Positions 28,927-42,953 of a stretch of DNA of 64,000 bases are shown here, in pieces. The stretch's first letter is position 1. Every line of letters begins with the position of its first letter. Where the stretch lies: NCBI GenBank assembly GCA_951406725.2, contig OX597819.1:81716001-81780000 (forward strand). The letters run 5' to 3'. Source of the stretch: Octopus vulgaris (Eukaryota). The notes below the pieces were generated by a model. That model was not told the DNA's origin. It was given only the letters and a program-made list of their open reading frames with translations, and did no database searches. A program made the translations under genes and the position numbers.

Positions 28927-29200
28927 ATATACATATGAGAGGGATGACCACTATGTGGACAACCCTTATGCTAGAAGTAGATCTGCTATGGTCTTACCAC
29001 TAAGAAATGTTCTCGAGAAAAATTTAGCAAACACCAGAACGTAAGCGAGCACAACAAGTTACTTTTCATTTGTTTTGCTTGCTTACGTTCTGGTGCTTCC
29101 TAAATTTTTCTTGAGAACATTTCTTAGTGGTAAGACCATAGCAGATCTACTTCTAGCATAAGGGTTGTCCACATAGTCATCATCCCTCTCATATGTATAT
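28927..29200. repeat. ~270-bp near-perfect inverted repeat (foldback/MITE)
   Basis: catatgagagggatgac..atgtggacaacccttatgctagaagtagatctgctatggtcttaccactaagaaatgttctc is mirrored on the right; loop ~10 nt. Confidence 0.95.
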
Positions 29201-29471
29201 AATACAATTTACTGAACTTTCAGATTTTAATATGCTAGACCACTGGTGTTAAATTGATGTTAATTAAATTAATATCCAATTTCTCACCCTCATTTTAAAT
29301 TTATATATATATATATATATATATACATACATACACAAAATATGGGGGTTTAGTTCGCAAGTGATCTAAACAAATAGGTATGATGGGTAAGTGCTGTAAC
29401 AGATTACCAAGGCTCCAAAGTTATAGCCGAGATGGGAATTATGGAACTGTTGTAGATTTCCGATATAGCAG

Positions 29472-29604
29472 ATATATAATTGTTAAAGAGGACAACAAGC
29501 ATCAAGGCAAGACAAACAGGTCATATATGTTATAATAATAATGTATATGACTCGAGATGTTTGTCTTGCCTTAACGTTTGTTGTCCACTTTAACAATTAT
29601 ATAT
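29472..29604. repeat. ~130-bp inverted repeat
   Basis: ataattgttaaagaggacaac..aaggcaagacaaaca / tgtttgtcttgcctt..gttgtccactttaacaattat. Confidence 0.9.
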
Positions 29605-32499
29605 ATAGGTGTGTATACACACACACACACAAACAAACAAACAAACACACACACACACATACTTGTAGTATGTAGTCAGATACATGCTCGCACAAGAATT
29701 AAAGTCTTACATCTTACATATCAATTTAATCTACATAGTTCATTGAATTAGTTTGAAATATCTGTCATATACTGAGACTTCATATTGTTATTTTAAAGTA
29801 CATTGCTCAACAGGTGATCCTTCATGCCAAGTTATCAGAATCATCTTGTGTTGCTGTTAAATCCCTAATGAAATTTTGTCAATTAATTCTTGTTCTTTTC
29901 CGATTTATGCTTGTCCCCACTTTTTTTATTATCATTCATTACTTCCTGCCTTCACTTAATGCTTTCTTTTTTTTTTTAAGTTTTCAAAATATGTTAAAAA
30001 TCATTTCATATTTTTTATTATTCTTTTTTTTTATGATAAATATTACTGTTATAATTAATTTATTTAATGCATATTCAAAAGTCTTTGGTTTTGTTTTTTT
30101 TTCTTTCTTTCTATAAATATTTCAATCAACTAATTAACTGTTAATTACTTAGCAACTGAAAAGAATCAATTGCTGGATTTTTCTTGATCACCTGTATTGG
30201 TCAATGGGTTATTAACTAACCCTATTAATATTACTGCAGCAAGTTCCGCAAATTTTTTGATCAATGGGAAATTAACTGTTGTCTCTCTCTGAATGATGTA
30301 CATCTGGGAGAAGTTAGCTTTGTGGAAGTATTTTCAAACTTACAATCATGGGTTGGGTTAAATTACTGCCTATAGGAAGCATGCAAATAATTTTATGTTT
30401 ACTATTATTAAAACAATTTGAACATATTTTGCTGAAATTATAGAAATTATGTAATTAAAAGTTGTGGTTTTTGATGATTCTTTTCCTTGAGAAACTCTAC
30501 AATATGAACTCATGTGAATACGATAAAAAAAAAGGTTTGTAATTTCCACCATATTGGAAATATTTGTCTTCAAAATCTTTTCCTATTCCTATGAGAGTGT
30601 TCTACAATATAAGAGCCATTGTTTGCTCACCCTTGGCCAATGTGAATTCACCATTAGTCTGCATCCACAGCAAGGTCAACTATCTATCTGTCTATTTCTT
30701 TAGTACCCACAAGGGGCTAAACACAGAGAGGACAAACAAGGGCAGACAAACGGATTAAGTAGATTACATCGACCCCAGTCCGTAACTGGTACTTAATTTA
30801 TCGACCCTGAAAGGATGAAAGGCAAAGTCGACCTCGGCGGAATTTGAACTCAGAACACAAAGACAGATGAAATACTGCCAAGCATTCCACCCAGCGTGCT
30901 AACATTTCTGCCAGCTCGCCACTATCTGTCTATCTGGGAAAGCGACTTACCAAGACCAATGCAACTCTCCTGCATAGATGTCCCAATCTTCCATAGCAGT
31001 CTTCATATCCTCAATTTCACAATGCCTTTGACGATTTGACATATGCTTTTCATGCTCAACTGATATCTGTACATTCATGTGTGGGTTTCCAAAGAAGAGG
31101 AACACTAGATATTTCATCCTTGTTTCTCCAGCAGTGTCTGGTGTAACATGTTCTTCTTCCTTTCATTATCAAGGTGATGGCTGCCATTCAGTCACTGCTT
31201 TGTTGGCTATTGCTGCCAAGAAAGATTGAGAACTGCATGAAGTATTCTCATGTATGTACAGTCAAGTTTCTTTTTTTAAGTCTCTTGTTCATTGTCCATG
31301 TTGAAGAGCCTTAAAGAAGTATTGATTCAACAACTGCTTTGAAGAAACTCTTTTTGTGCTGTCAGGAAGGGAGAACGTTTTTGTGACTCTGAATCTGTCA
31401 TGGTCAACAGCTTCACTAAATCTAATATCGCATCCAGTGATATGTCAGAAAGTTGGGAAATACACGTCTTTCAGTAAGCTTTCCAATGATGATAAGTCTT
31501 TTTAGCTTGATTTTCATTGTTCAAAACAGTGGCTAGTGTTATATTTAAGCTTCTTAAGATATGACCAATCTAAATTAATTTTGAATGGAAAATGCTAGTC
31601 GCCCCCCCAAAAAAAAAATTTGCACTCTTGCAATTAACTTTTGATTTTTTTTTTAAACTGAATATATATTTATTCATTGATAAAAAAAAATTACTCCATG
31701 TGAAAATGTTAAAAGAGAGCAAAGTCTAGCAATTTTGCTCTTATATTTCTGTTATTGTCCAGGATTCACTATCATAGACCAAAAAACTGTTACAAAGCAA
31801 GTGTTGAAAAGTAGCACTTTAAAAAGCTTGCTCTGAAAACAGTTGCAGGAGGGCAGCAATATGTGACAGGTGATAAACACTTTCCACCTAGTTCTCATAA
31901 GTTTAAGTTGCAGTTTACTTAGAAAAACCATGTTTTATTTCATAATTACTATTATTTCACCTGAATATGTTATTTAGATAGCTTTGATTAGTATTAAGCA
32001 TAAAATTAACTTATATCCAAAGGCATTAATTTTAACTTCCTTCAGTAAGGTTTATATTCAGCAAACCAACATAAAATGTTCTTTGTCTTCACTCAGCTTT
32101 CATTCCACCCTGCAGTAAACTGTATTCCCAGTGACATCAAGCGGGCCAGTGAGATTTAAATATTTTGATCATGGTCACAGAGCAGCCAATTTCAGAATAA
32201 AAAAAAAAATGTCAACTATTCAACCAGAAGCCAAAACCCTCTTTATTCAACCTGTAATAACTAATATAATAAAATACTGAATAAATGTAATAGCTGTTAT
32301 AAAGTTTTTTTTCATTAAAAGGGCATGCCCAATATTAAGTGTTGTTCTATGTTCTAGTATATACATCAGATACATTTCCTCTCAATAAGAAACTTTTAAA
32401 TTATTTTTCACAGAAATGTTTTATTGATGTTTACCCAGTTGTTATTAGCTCTAGTCTGCTTTGCTTTTGTAAACTGTGATGTTAAAATAGAACAGTTGT

Positions 32500-32870
32500 A
32501 GTCAGTGTCTTTCTTCACCTATGGTCATGAATTTGGAATGATGATTAAAAGAGTATTATTGCAAATACTAGTGGCTGAAATGAGATTCCTCTGGAGGATC
32601 TCTGGGGTAACTTTACTTGACAGGGTACTTACCTTGAAGATCAAAGAGTCTCTCAAGTTCAAGCCACTGCTTCATCATATTGAGAGGTAAAAGCTCCAGC
32701 ACTACAGCCATGGGATTAGCATATTACAAGAAAGAATCACAAGACAGATTCTTCAATTTTTCAATTGGTCACATTTAGGGATCCAAATGGTAAGTCTATT
32801 GATGGTGGTTTCTGATAGAACCCTATGGAGGAGGTGGCTGAACCCTTCCAAAAAAAGTGGGCTGAGAAGA
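32500..32870 (+). mobile_element. old RTE-type LINE fragment
   Basis: FTYGHE...VAEMRFLWRISGVTLLDRV...IKESLKFKPLLHHIER. Confidence 0.75.
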
Positions 32871-35800
32871 TGACTGGATAGTTAGTGCCATACTGTGCTA
32901 AAATTTAGGGCTTGAATATGTATGTGGTCCACTTTCTAAAGATGTGGTGCATGAAATTTATCTATTTATCTATCATGTGACTATTCAATGAAACAGTCAA
33001 GTCTTTCTTAATATTTTCCAATGACATATGAAAAACAGCAGAGAATGTTCAACTTCTTTGCTGAAATGAAAAGAAAGATGATTCTTTGAGGTAAATTCAG
33101 TATTTTGTTTTGAAACAATATATTTCAAATTTGCTAATTTTACCTCCTTACTTGCTGGACATCCATCAGTTAGAATTCAGTTTAAATGTATGAGCATAGA
33201 TTTTATTCAGAAAGAGATATCATGTAAATTCAAGATTTTAATAATTATCTGATGTAGTTTCTTCATTGCTTGTTAAAGGAACAAAACAGAAGTAAAAAAA
33301 TAGAAATTGAATTTTTCATTTGACCATGGAATAATTTCTAATAAATTTAGAAATGGACTTCTGCTTCTACCTATTTGAAAGGAACACTTCCAATGTCCAG
33401 AGACCAAAGAAGAAGGTCCTACATGATTGTTTGACTTTCTAGAAATAATAACCATATTTCCTTGATAAGTAATCTCCATGTCATAAATAGATGGTCATGC
33501 TGGAACATTTTGATCACAGGTCTGTTCAGTCAAAGCTGACATGGGGTGGACTACTATCAACAATGATTCCGTAGTGGCTCATGCCACAAACTGATAATGA
33601 AGTTTCTATTACATCCCTGTAATTTGCAGTTCAGCAATCAATTTCCTTTCCAGTCATACCCTACTCTCTTGAAGAACCAAATAAGAACACATCAGATATA
33701 CTGCATGGATAAAAAAGCTAGGTTGGTCACAGGTGTACTGCCTTTAACTATAGGTCATCTCAGAACTGACCTAGGAATAAATGACAACTAATGTCTTATT
33801 TAAATATCGACAGCTGAACTGTTCTTTTTTTTTTTAATAATTAAGGATGTTTGATACTAATGGTTTCTGTTATAAGCACAAGACCTGGAATTTTGACGGG
33901 GAAGGTGTTAGTTGATATCATTGTCCCTAGCACTTGACTGGTACTTTTTTTTTTGCCAACCTTTAAAGGATGAAAGACAAAGTTGACTTCAGTGGGATTT
34001 GAACTCAGAATATAAAGAATCAGAACAAATATCATAAGGCAATTTTTTTCCCCAATGTTCTAATGATTTTTTAGCTCCCCATAATTTTTTGGGTCACAGA
34101 AACATTATGGAAGATATTTTTCTTTGTGGAGTTTATCTAATAAAAAAAAAACGCCTCTCTTTCTCTCTTTCTCTCTCTCTCACTCTCCTTCCCTCTCTCC
34201 CTCCCTCTCAGCTATACTAAGAGAAGGAATTAAATTCAACACTAACACCAGCACAGCACACATTTATCTTTTAGTGCTACCACTTACTATCAGATGAACT
34301 GAGCCACTGAGAAATAGACTTTCAACTACCATTCATTTTTGCTGGTTGCCTTCCTGGTACCTTTCAGCTCAACTTCATAGAACTTCCAGAAGTATTAATA
34401 ATCATTTTAAGAACCTGATAAGTTCATAATAATCAGTTACAATATTATTCAGAAGAAAAAAGAAAAATCTTTTTTGAGATATATTACTAGAGTCTGTTCT
34501 ATGTGACACTCATTCCTTGAAGATTTTATATTGTGTCCTATCAACTAGCTAAACTGTGGCTGGTCAACCTGATTGAAATGGATATAAAGAACAAGAAAAC
34601 ATCATGTTCCCCATTGATAAATATGTTTGAAACAGGCAGCACACACTCAAGCTACACCACTACTGCAGCTATAATGTTCTCTACCATTCTGTATTTGCTG
34701 ATCTTTCCTATTAGAGCCAGTTTTAAGGCAATTAAACAGATTTGCTCAAATTGGGCCCCACACCAGGAGAGGGCCCTATGCTCATACTTGAGTTGATGAT
34801 ACTATGATGAATTTTTAGTATATCATTTTGGATAATAGTTGCGCCTCAACCTCTCCATCACTTTTTAGCTGGGACTAGCATAGTATATGAAGCATAAAAC
34901 ATCGGTCTTCAGTTTTTGTAAAGTAGGGGTCCCACTGACAATTCTCTAATTGAGTTTTGCACTTCCAAACACTGGCCCTGCCTTCTCCTATATCTCATTC
35001 TTCTAAACTCCAGTATGAAATAATTTTTCCCAATAATTCCTTCCCAGTACTACATCTCTCTGAAACTATCCTTCTACTCATGTTTCTCCCGATGAGGGTA
35101 AAGAATTATTTACATTATTTACATTCGACGGATATTTGCCTCTCCCTCTCTTGAATATACCTACTCTGCATATGATGGAATGTCTTATACAGGTAGAACC
35201 CTACTATAAAGCAACAGAAGGACTTGAAAAATACTTTAAAGCAAAGAGAAGCTGAAAGGTTTAATAAAAATATGGAAAATCCCACCAAAGAACTTTTTCT
35301 TTTTTTGATGTATATAAGGAAATTTAGTGCAAACTTGAGACTACTACTCTGAAATAAGAGATTTAGATAAGAACAAATCCACAGAAAAAAAAGCATCAAA
35401 AAGAAATCCTCAAATATACTGAAGTGGAAGCTGGACAGAAAAATCACTCTGTCCCCTAAGAGAAGTTAACCTGTGTGATAGCTAGTAATGGATCAAAAGC
35501 TCTGGGCTAAAAGATGAAACAAAGTTTTTATTCTAGATACAAGAGAGTAATACCTAGCTATGAATAAGTAAAACAGTGAAAGAAGATGCTAACATCAAGT
35601 GCAGACTATGCAACCAGTACAATGAGATGACTGACCACATCATCTCCACAGTGGCATAGCTAGAGTGTGTACTGCCCAGAATAACCCTTGAGTTTGTCAT
35701 GCACTCGTCAGGCCAACACTACTTATGCAGGTTTACACAGCAGACTCAAAAGTGCCGTCCTCATACAGGAATCACCCAAAGCAGACTAATTCCACTCAGC

Positions 35801-36288
35801 TACACAAATGACTACCCAGTCCTTGCCAAGTTCAAGCATATTCACAGATACTGTTGAGTCAACAGCTATATCTCACTGGACAATATGCCAACACTTCAAC
35901 ATGAAAACAAACAGAGTTCAGGACAGGGACTTAGCCATGATCATCTGGGATTTGCATATTGAAGCTAACAAGGAGGTCAAGGTAAGCCAACCAAAAATAA
36001 TAAGCAAAAACTGGAACAAAAATACTTGTATACAGACAGACATCTTAACTTAACCAGAAATATCTGGTATCCATTTCTCTAAAACTTGGTAAGATAAGAA
36101 AAGGCAGAATTAAGTATCAATGTTTTCTTTAGTTTTACTTTTCCATTTGTGCCATTAACTAAGAGGCCTTGGTATTTTATGTGCCCAGCATTTGTCATTC
36201 ATGTGCATCAAATATCTATACTAGTACAGTTGTCTCCCCTATAAGCTTTAATGCTTTAGCAATTCTCCCGAATCATTTGTCCACTTTT

Positions 36289-38711
36289 TCATCATCATCA
36301 TCATCATCGTTTAACGTCCGTTCTCCACGCTAGCATGGGTTGGACGGTTCGACCGGGGATCTGGGAAGCCAGAAGGCTGCACCAGGCTCCAGTCTTATCT
36401 GGCAGTGTTTCTACAGCTGGATGCCCTTCCTAACGCCAACTACTCCGTGAGTGTAGTGGGTGCTTTTTACGTGCCACCGGCACGGAAGCCAGTCGAGGCG
36501 GCACTGGCATCGGCCACGATTCGGATGGTGCTTTTTACGTACCACCAGTCCAGGGGTCCTGGCATCTGCCGGGTGCCAGTCATAGGATTGGTTCAATTTC
36601 GATTCCGATTTCGATTTCGATTTCACTTGCCCCAACAGGTCTTTGCATGGGTGCCTGTTGTCGGATGAGGTTCGATATCGACTTCGCTTGCCTCAACAGG
36701 TCTTTGTGTGTCCAAGGGAGGAAAGGCATGCATAAGTGAGCTGGACTCACTTGTCCTGCCTGGTTTTCTCACGCACAGCATATTTCCAAAGGTCTCGGAC
36801 GCTGGTCATTTCTTCAGTGAGGCTTAAAGTTCAAAGGTCGTGCTTCACCACCTCGTCCCAGGTTTTCCTGGACCTACCTCTTCTACGGGTTCCCTCAACT
36901 GCTAGGGATTGGCACTTTTTCACACACCTATCTTCATCCATTCTCGCCACATGACCATACCAGCGCAATCGTCTCTCTTTCACACCACAACTGATGCTTT
37001 TTAGGTCCAACATTTCTCTCAAGGTACTAACGCTCTGTCGAGTATGCACACTGACATTACACACCCATCGGAGCATACTGGCTTCATTCCTTGCGAGCTT
37101 ACGCATGTCCTCAGCAGTCACGGCCCATGTTTCACTGCCATGTAGCATGGCTGTTCGTACACATGCGTCATACAGTCTGCCTTTTACTCTGAGCGAGAGG
37201 CCTTTAGTCACCAGCAGAGGTAAGAGCTCCTTGAACTTTGCCCAGGCTATTCTTACTCTAGCAATTACACTTTCAACGCACCCACCCCTACTACTGACTT
37301 GGTCACCTAGATAACGGAAGCTATCAACTACTTCTAGTTTTTCCCCCTGGAAAGTGACGGAAGTTGTTTTCTGCAGATTTTCAGAGTTTATTGCTCCTGA
37401 GCATCTGCCACATACAAAAACTATCTTCCCAGTTAGCCTTCCTTTGACATTGCTGCACCTCTTATGTGTCCATAGCTTACACTGGGTACATCTTATAGAG
37501 TTTCTACCTACACCTTTTCTACAGATCGAGCGGGGCCATCTTCCTGAAGACATTTGTGGTTTGTCTACCTTCCTACTTTTAGTACTTTGGTTTTAGCTAG
37601 GTTGACTCTAAGGCCCCTCGATTCTAATCCCTCCTTCCACACCTGGAACTTCTCCTCCAGTTCTGATAGTGACTCAGCAATTAGAGCAAGGTCGTCAGCA
37701 TAGAGGAGCTCCCAGGGGCAACCTGTCTTGAATTCCTCCGTAATTGCCTGGAGGACTATGATAATTAGGAGGGGGCTGAGGACTGAACCCTGGTGGACCC
37801 CAACCTCTACTTTGAATTCTTCTGTGTACATGTTGCCAACCCTAACCCTACTTATGGCATCCCTGTACATGGCACGCACAGCTCTCACCAGCCATTCATC
37901 TATCCCTAGTTTCCTCATTGACCATCAGATAAGGGATCGGGGGACCCTGTCAAAGGCTTTCTCCATGTCAACGAAAGCCAGGTACAGGGGCTTATCTTTG
38001 GCTAGGTATTTCTCCTGCAGCTGTCTCACCAGAAATATGGCATCAGTGGTGCTTTTCCCTGGCATGAAACCAAACTGCATCTCGTCCAAGTTGACTCTCT
38101 CCCTAATCAGTTGGGCTATGACCCTCTCTGTAACCTTCATTACCTGATCCAACAGCTTGATACCTCTGTAATTATTTGTATCTAGGGCGTCTCCTTTACC
38201 TTTGTAGCAGTTGACTATTATGCTGCTACACCAGTCATTGGGTATGACTCCTTCATGTATCACCTGTTTAACTATACGGGTGACTAGGTTATAGCCGACA
38301 CTGCCAGATATTTTGAGCATCTCTGCAGTAATTCCTGTTGGGCCTGGGGCTTTCCATGTCTTCATGCTTCTAATTGCCTTAATTACCAAAGAACTGTCAA
38401 CTCGGATGGCTGGTCCCTCTGTTGGGTTGACATTTGGCAGACTCTCTTTATCCCATTCATTTTCTTTATTCAGCAACCTTTCATAGTGGCATCTCCAAAC
38501 CTCTCTCTTTGCATCCTCATTTAGCGCAAGTGAACCATCATCCATGCGGACACATTTCTCTCCTACCACATCACAATTCTCTCTTACACACTGTCTTGCA
38601 ACACGAAATACCTCAAGTCTTTCATCCTCACGGCACAGAACATTGGCAAATTTTTTCTTATCCACTTCCCCTCTGGCTAAATAAACCTGTCTCCTAGCTT
38701 CCCTTCTGGCT
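36289..38711 (-). mobile_element. 5'-truncated RTE-clade LINE (RT domain, 3' UTR, (GAT)n tail)
   Basis: RT motifs NYRGIKLL, QFGFMPGKSTTDAIF, FVDMEKAFDRV, GVHQGSVLSPLL, LLYADD; in-frame TGA at 37925, a frameshift near 37560, premature stop at 36831. Confidence 0.97.
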
Positions 38712-39649
38712 GTTAGTTAATATCACACATCCAGTGAACCTTGTTCAGCACATATCTGTAAAGACTTCATAGATCTTCAACACTCAGTTCCCATGTTTGT
38801 CTGCTTTGCAACACAATGGTTTATGAAGTCTTTGTTCAGTATACCTTTGCATATTAAAAAAATTCTTTGTTGCCAACAGAAACAATTAAATTAAGGTTTC
38901 AAGCTGGTAGAAACGTTAGCATGCCAGGTGAAATACTTAGTGATATTTCGTCTGTCTTTACGTTCTGAATTCAAATTCCGCCGAGGTTTGACTTTGCCTT
39001 TCATCCTTTTGGGGTCGATAAATTAAGTACCAGTTGTGTACTAGGGTCAATCTAATCGACTGGTCCCCTCCCCACAAATTTCGGGCCTTGTGCTTAGAGT
39101 AGAAAAGAAACAATTAAATTGGCTAGTTTTACACTTAGGTAGCTGATTTTTATATTTTTGCAAAGCACGGCTTTACAAAGAGATGATCATAGGCTACCCT
39201 TTTCTGATATTTTCTATAAAATAAGCAAGGCTACTGCATTTATATATATATATATGTAGTTTTATATCCAACTTCTTTTGTTGCTTATATGAGTTGGATG
39301 GTTTCTATTGGTGCGTGTGTTTTTACATATGAATGCTCTTCTTATTGCTAACAACTCAGCTCAGTCATGCTAATTTAACCACAACAATAGTTCCAAGAAC
39401 TCCTTATAACAACCTTCTCCAACACCTATTGGATCATCTATGTAATGGAAACTTAACCTCTGTTCTAAGCAATTAATAGATTTCATTTTATGGATGGTGT
39501 CACTGATATTATTGAGGTGATCTGTGAGAAGGTAACATGGTACAGTGCATAAGGAGAAAAGGATCTTAGGCGAGGCAAAGCAATTCCTCAAGAGGAAGAG
39601 CGCCAGGTACACATTAATGAAGTGCAATTTTCTGTCATCCTGGACAGGT

Positions 39650-40560
39650 CTTCATATTTGGGATCCAAGCACTCTTGTTATTTCTTTTGAGAGGATTGGA
39701 GAGCTAAGAATCCTGACAGCATTCCTTGCTGTTTTTGATGCATCTGTTGTTTGTGCTTCTGCTGTTGTTACTGCTGCTGCTACCACCAGACACCTACTCT
39801 GCCTCATAGAGTACAGCCACAGAGTTGTATCAATCTTCTCTGAACCCTACATGAACCTCTGACCCCTACACGAGCATCCTGCTTCTGGGCTGGATTTAGA
39901 GGCATCCACTGTGTGCATAGCTGAACGAAACCCTTATGTCCGTACTTATGGGATTGTGTGAAATGCTTGTCTACTAATTTAAGGAAGATCCTTCCCAAGC
40001 AGATTTTGACATTCAGTGAGAAGGGTAAAGCAACAAAACCAAAAGACCTTATGGTGACACTTTCTTTTGTGGGTTTTAAGTCCTGGCATAGAGGAGATGT
40101 GGTACTTAAACATGCTGGCTGCCAAAGCCTCGTTGTTGAAAATGTCTTTATTCAAGGACAGATTCAATATACTGTTTTCTTGGTATAATGTCTATGAATT
40201 TTTCTGTTCCTTTCTTTGTTACCCTGGGCTCTCCTATGAAAGCAAATATAGTTCTTCGATAATCTCCATACCTTGGTCTTTGTACTTCTGTATTTTATTG
40301 AGTTCTTTGACCATTAGATTGTTGTCTGTGAGGATAGCCATATCAGTTAGGAGACAAGTTTTATTAATATGTTTTTTGTTATTGTTACATCTAGATGATT
40401 TGTCTTGATAGTTCTTTTGGTATGAATTATAAAATCACAAAGAATGTTAACATGACCAATCTCAGTGACTGGTTGGGGAAGGTATTCAAACCAGATTTTG
40501 GTCTTTTCTTTTGCATAGTGCTACAGATTTTCCTATGAATATATTGCACTATTTGGTGAT
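39650..40560 (-). mobile_element. Penelope-like retroelement coding remnant
   Basis: Fragments LSLNKDIFNNEAL, KVFWF and GRIFLKLVDKHFTQSHKY resemble the PLE RT-linker region (IWFNPPF..NIG..FL.L.DKHF). Confidence 0.65.
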
Positions 40561-40659
40561 GTTTGTTTCCATACTTGTTAGTAGCCATTGAAGAACATCC
40601 ACGTTACACCAAAGCAAAGAAAAAATGACATATTGTGCTTTAAAAATGATGGCAAGTGT

Positions 40660-41030
40660 TTACACCTTCCATTAAAACAGCCACTGGAAGAAGCACTCGT
40701 GGACATGTTTACAAAGTCAGAAAAAAGCACAGCTTCCATGACTTTCAGAAATATTTTTTCATGCTAAGAGTTGCTGAAGTATGGAACAAACAGTTGGCAT
40801 CAGTTGTTAGTTGTCAGAGCACTGCATCCTTCAAAACTTCCATGCTTCCTGAGATTCGCCAACACTACACCTGATTTTCTCCTCTCCATACACATGCAAG
40901 CATGTATCTGACTCATACACTGTTCGCTTTCCAGACATATGTACATTACTGCATATGCTTTATACTCAATTTTGACAAGTTGTGATGCACCTGAGCACTG
41001 TATACAATAATTTTATTATTATTATTATTA
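40660..41030 (+). mobile_element. CR1/L2-group LINE 3' end
   Basis: STRGHVYKV...KYFFMLRVAEVWNKQLASVV..STASFK followed by an (ATT)n tail. Confidence 0.85.
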
Positions 41031-42133
41031 TAATAAATATTGGGAGATATTCTCACAACTGAGTAAGGCAAGGTTTATGGTATGGTCTGTTGTACATTGA
41101 GGACTGAGCATTCAACCATAACTCACATTGAAATAGTTAGACATGCCAGCATTCCTGTACTTGTGCCCCAGTAAATAGGGCAGAGAAATATGAAGATGAC
41201 AATTAGGAAGACTAGAAACAATGTAATTCCATGGTTGATCACCACATTTATATTACAGTAAGAGTAGAATGTTGGTTAGGAGTAACAAGAAACAACACAT
41301 GTTCAGAAATAATTAAGATGAATATACAAATCCTAATGATCCCTCCAATTCCACAAGGCCATACTAGAGTCATCTCCAGATGAGAGCACCAAGGCAAAAA
41401 GCATGAGACTAATAATGCAGGTAAAACAGCCTAGTTGTTACACATGATAGGAAAAACCACTTGAAGGCCTTTTGTTGTAAAGAAGTGGATGAAGTATGAA
41501 AGCAGAGGAAAGAGGAAAGCAATGGAGAGCAGCTAAGGCATCAATAAGGTCAGCCAATTCCAGTCTCCTGATCCAGATCAGTCACAGATTCATATAGTGT
41601 GAAAGACATCTCCTTGTGCAAAGTACTAAGAATAAGCGAGCAGGTACCTTATCCTCTGACTGTAGTAAACAGCAGCATAGCACCACCATCTTGTGATGAG
41701 AAGGAAGAAATGGAGACCAAGCAAAACTTCCAAGCTATTGATGAGAGTGCAAAGAGCAAAAAATAGAAAGGGAAAATACACCCCTACAAAAAAGAGTAGA
41801 CCCCAAGAAAAATAATCAAAAAAAAAAAAAAAAAAGGTGAGAATTCCCCACTTCAGGAGAAAGTCAGAAATTAAACAGTCATGTAAAACTGTAACCCAGA
41901 GCTACTGATTGTCAATGGAGACTGGAGAGGAATACTAAGGATTGTGAAGAAAAAGAAAAAAAGAGGAAATAGAAGCAGAGAAAGGAAATGGTATGTAAAA
42001 CTCACCAAAAGATACACTTCACAGAATGACACAATATTTATTATTATGAGAGTGAACAATGTGTGCCTAAGATTAATACTAAGCCACTGTAAAACCAATA
42101 AAGATAATAATGTGCTGTATCAGAAGAAAGATA

Positions 42134-42375
42134 TTTTTTTTTTTTTTTTTTTTTTTTTTACTTGTTTAAGTAATTTGAATGCGGCCATGCTGGAGCACCG
42201 CCTTTAGAGTGGTGAAAGAGTACAGCAGGGATCACCACCTCCTGCCGGAGCCTCGTGGAGCTTTTAGGTGTTTTTTTCGCTCAATAAACACACACAACGC
42301 CCGGTCTGGGAATCGAAACCGCGATCCTCCGACCGCAAGTCCGCTGCCCTAACCACTAGGCCATTGCGCCTCCAC
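42134..42375 (-). mobile_element. chimeric SINE: tRNA-derived head + tail of the CORE-type SINE + poly(A)
   Basis: 42375-42206 matches the 5' part of the SINE at ~24424; 42205-42160 matches the AAAGGCGGTGCTCCAGCATGGCC...AAACAAGT tail; 26-nt A-run at 42159-42134. Confidence 0.85.
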
Positions 42376-42383
42376 TTAAAGGA

Positions 42384-42503
42384 ATGCTTACAGCACCTAG
42401 GGTTCCCAAGCGGTCACCCATCTAAGTACTAACTAGGCTCGATGTTGCTTAACTTCGGTGATCAGACGAGAACCGGTGCTTTCAACGTGATATGGCCGTA
42501 AGC
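42384..42503 (-). rRNA. 5S rRNA gene (solitary copy)
   Basis: GCTTACGGCCATATCACGTTGAAAGCACCGGTTCTCGTCTGATCACCGAAGTTAAGC...GATGGGTGACCGCTTGGGAACCCTAGGTGCTGTAAGCAT, 120 nt; helix I pairs fully; internal box A/IE/box C recognisable. Confidence 0.95.
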
Positions 42504-42953
42504 CATATAAAGTGGATATAGAGAAGACAAATAAAAATGTTAGTCTGACATGTTGCTCGTGAAGAAAGCGTCGAAAGAGAAACACCCAGAAGACACTGGA
42601 TGCTTTTTACTATGAGTGTCAGACAAGCTGGGCTTTAAAGTGTCAAAACCTAACCTGGTTAGAGGGTTCTCACTTGTCAGTGGAGAGATCAACATAATTT
42701 GTATCTTCATTGTTTAAATTTTATCTGGTTTAATTAGTTTAATAATGTTTAATTAGAATACAATGAGAGTGATTCGATCGATAGGCGACATAGAAATTTC
42801 TTGCTTTGAATCATTATCATAAAATATTTAAAAAAAATATTATGTTACGCAATGCTAGTTTAGAGTGTTTTATCACAGGGAGGTAACTCTTGTAAAGGGG
42901 TTCATCATGTTGTCTGCTCTTGTTATATGGCCAGTAAAGTCAAAAGACAAAAT

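Noticed and set aside
36831-38665. Active LINE
   Set aside because: No endonuclease domain, two premature stops and a frameshift.
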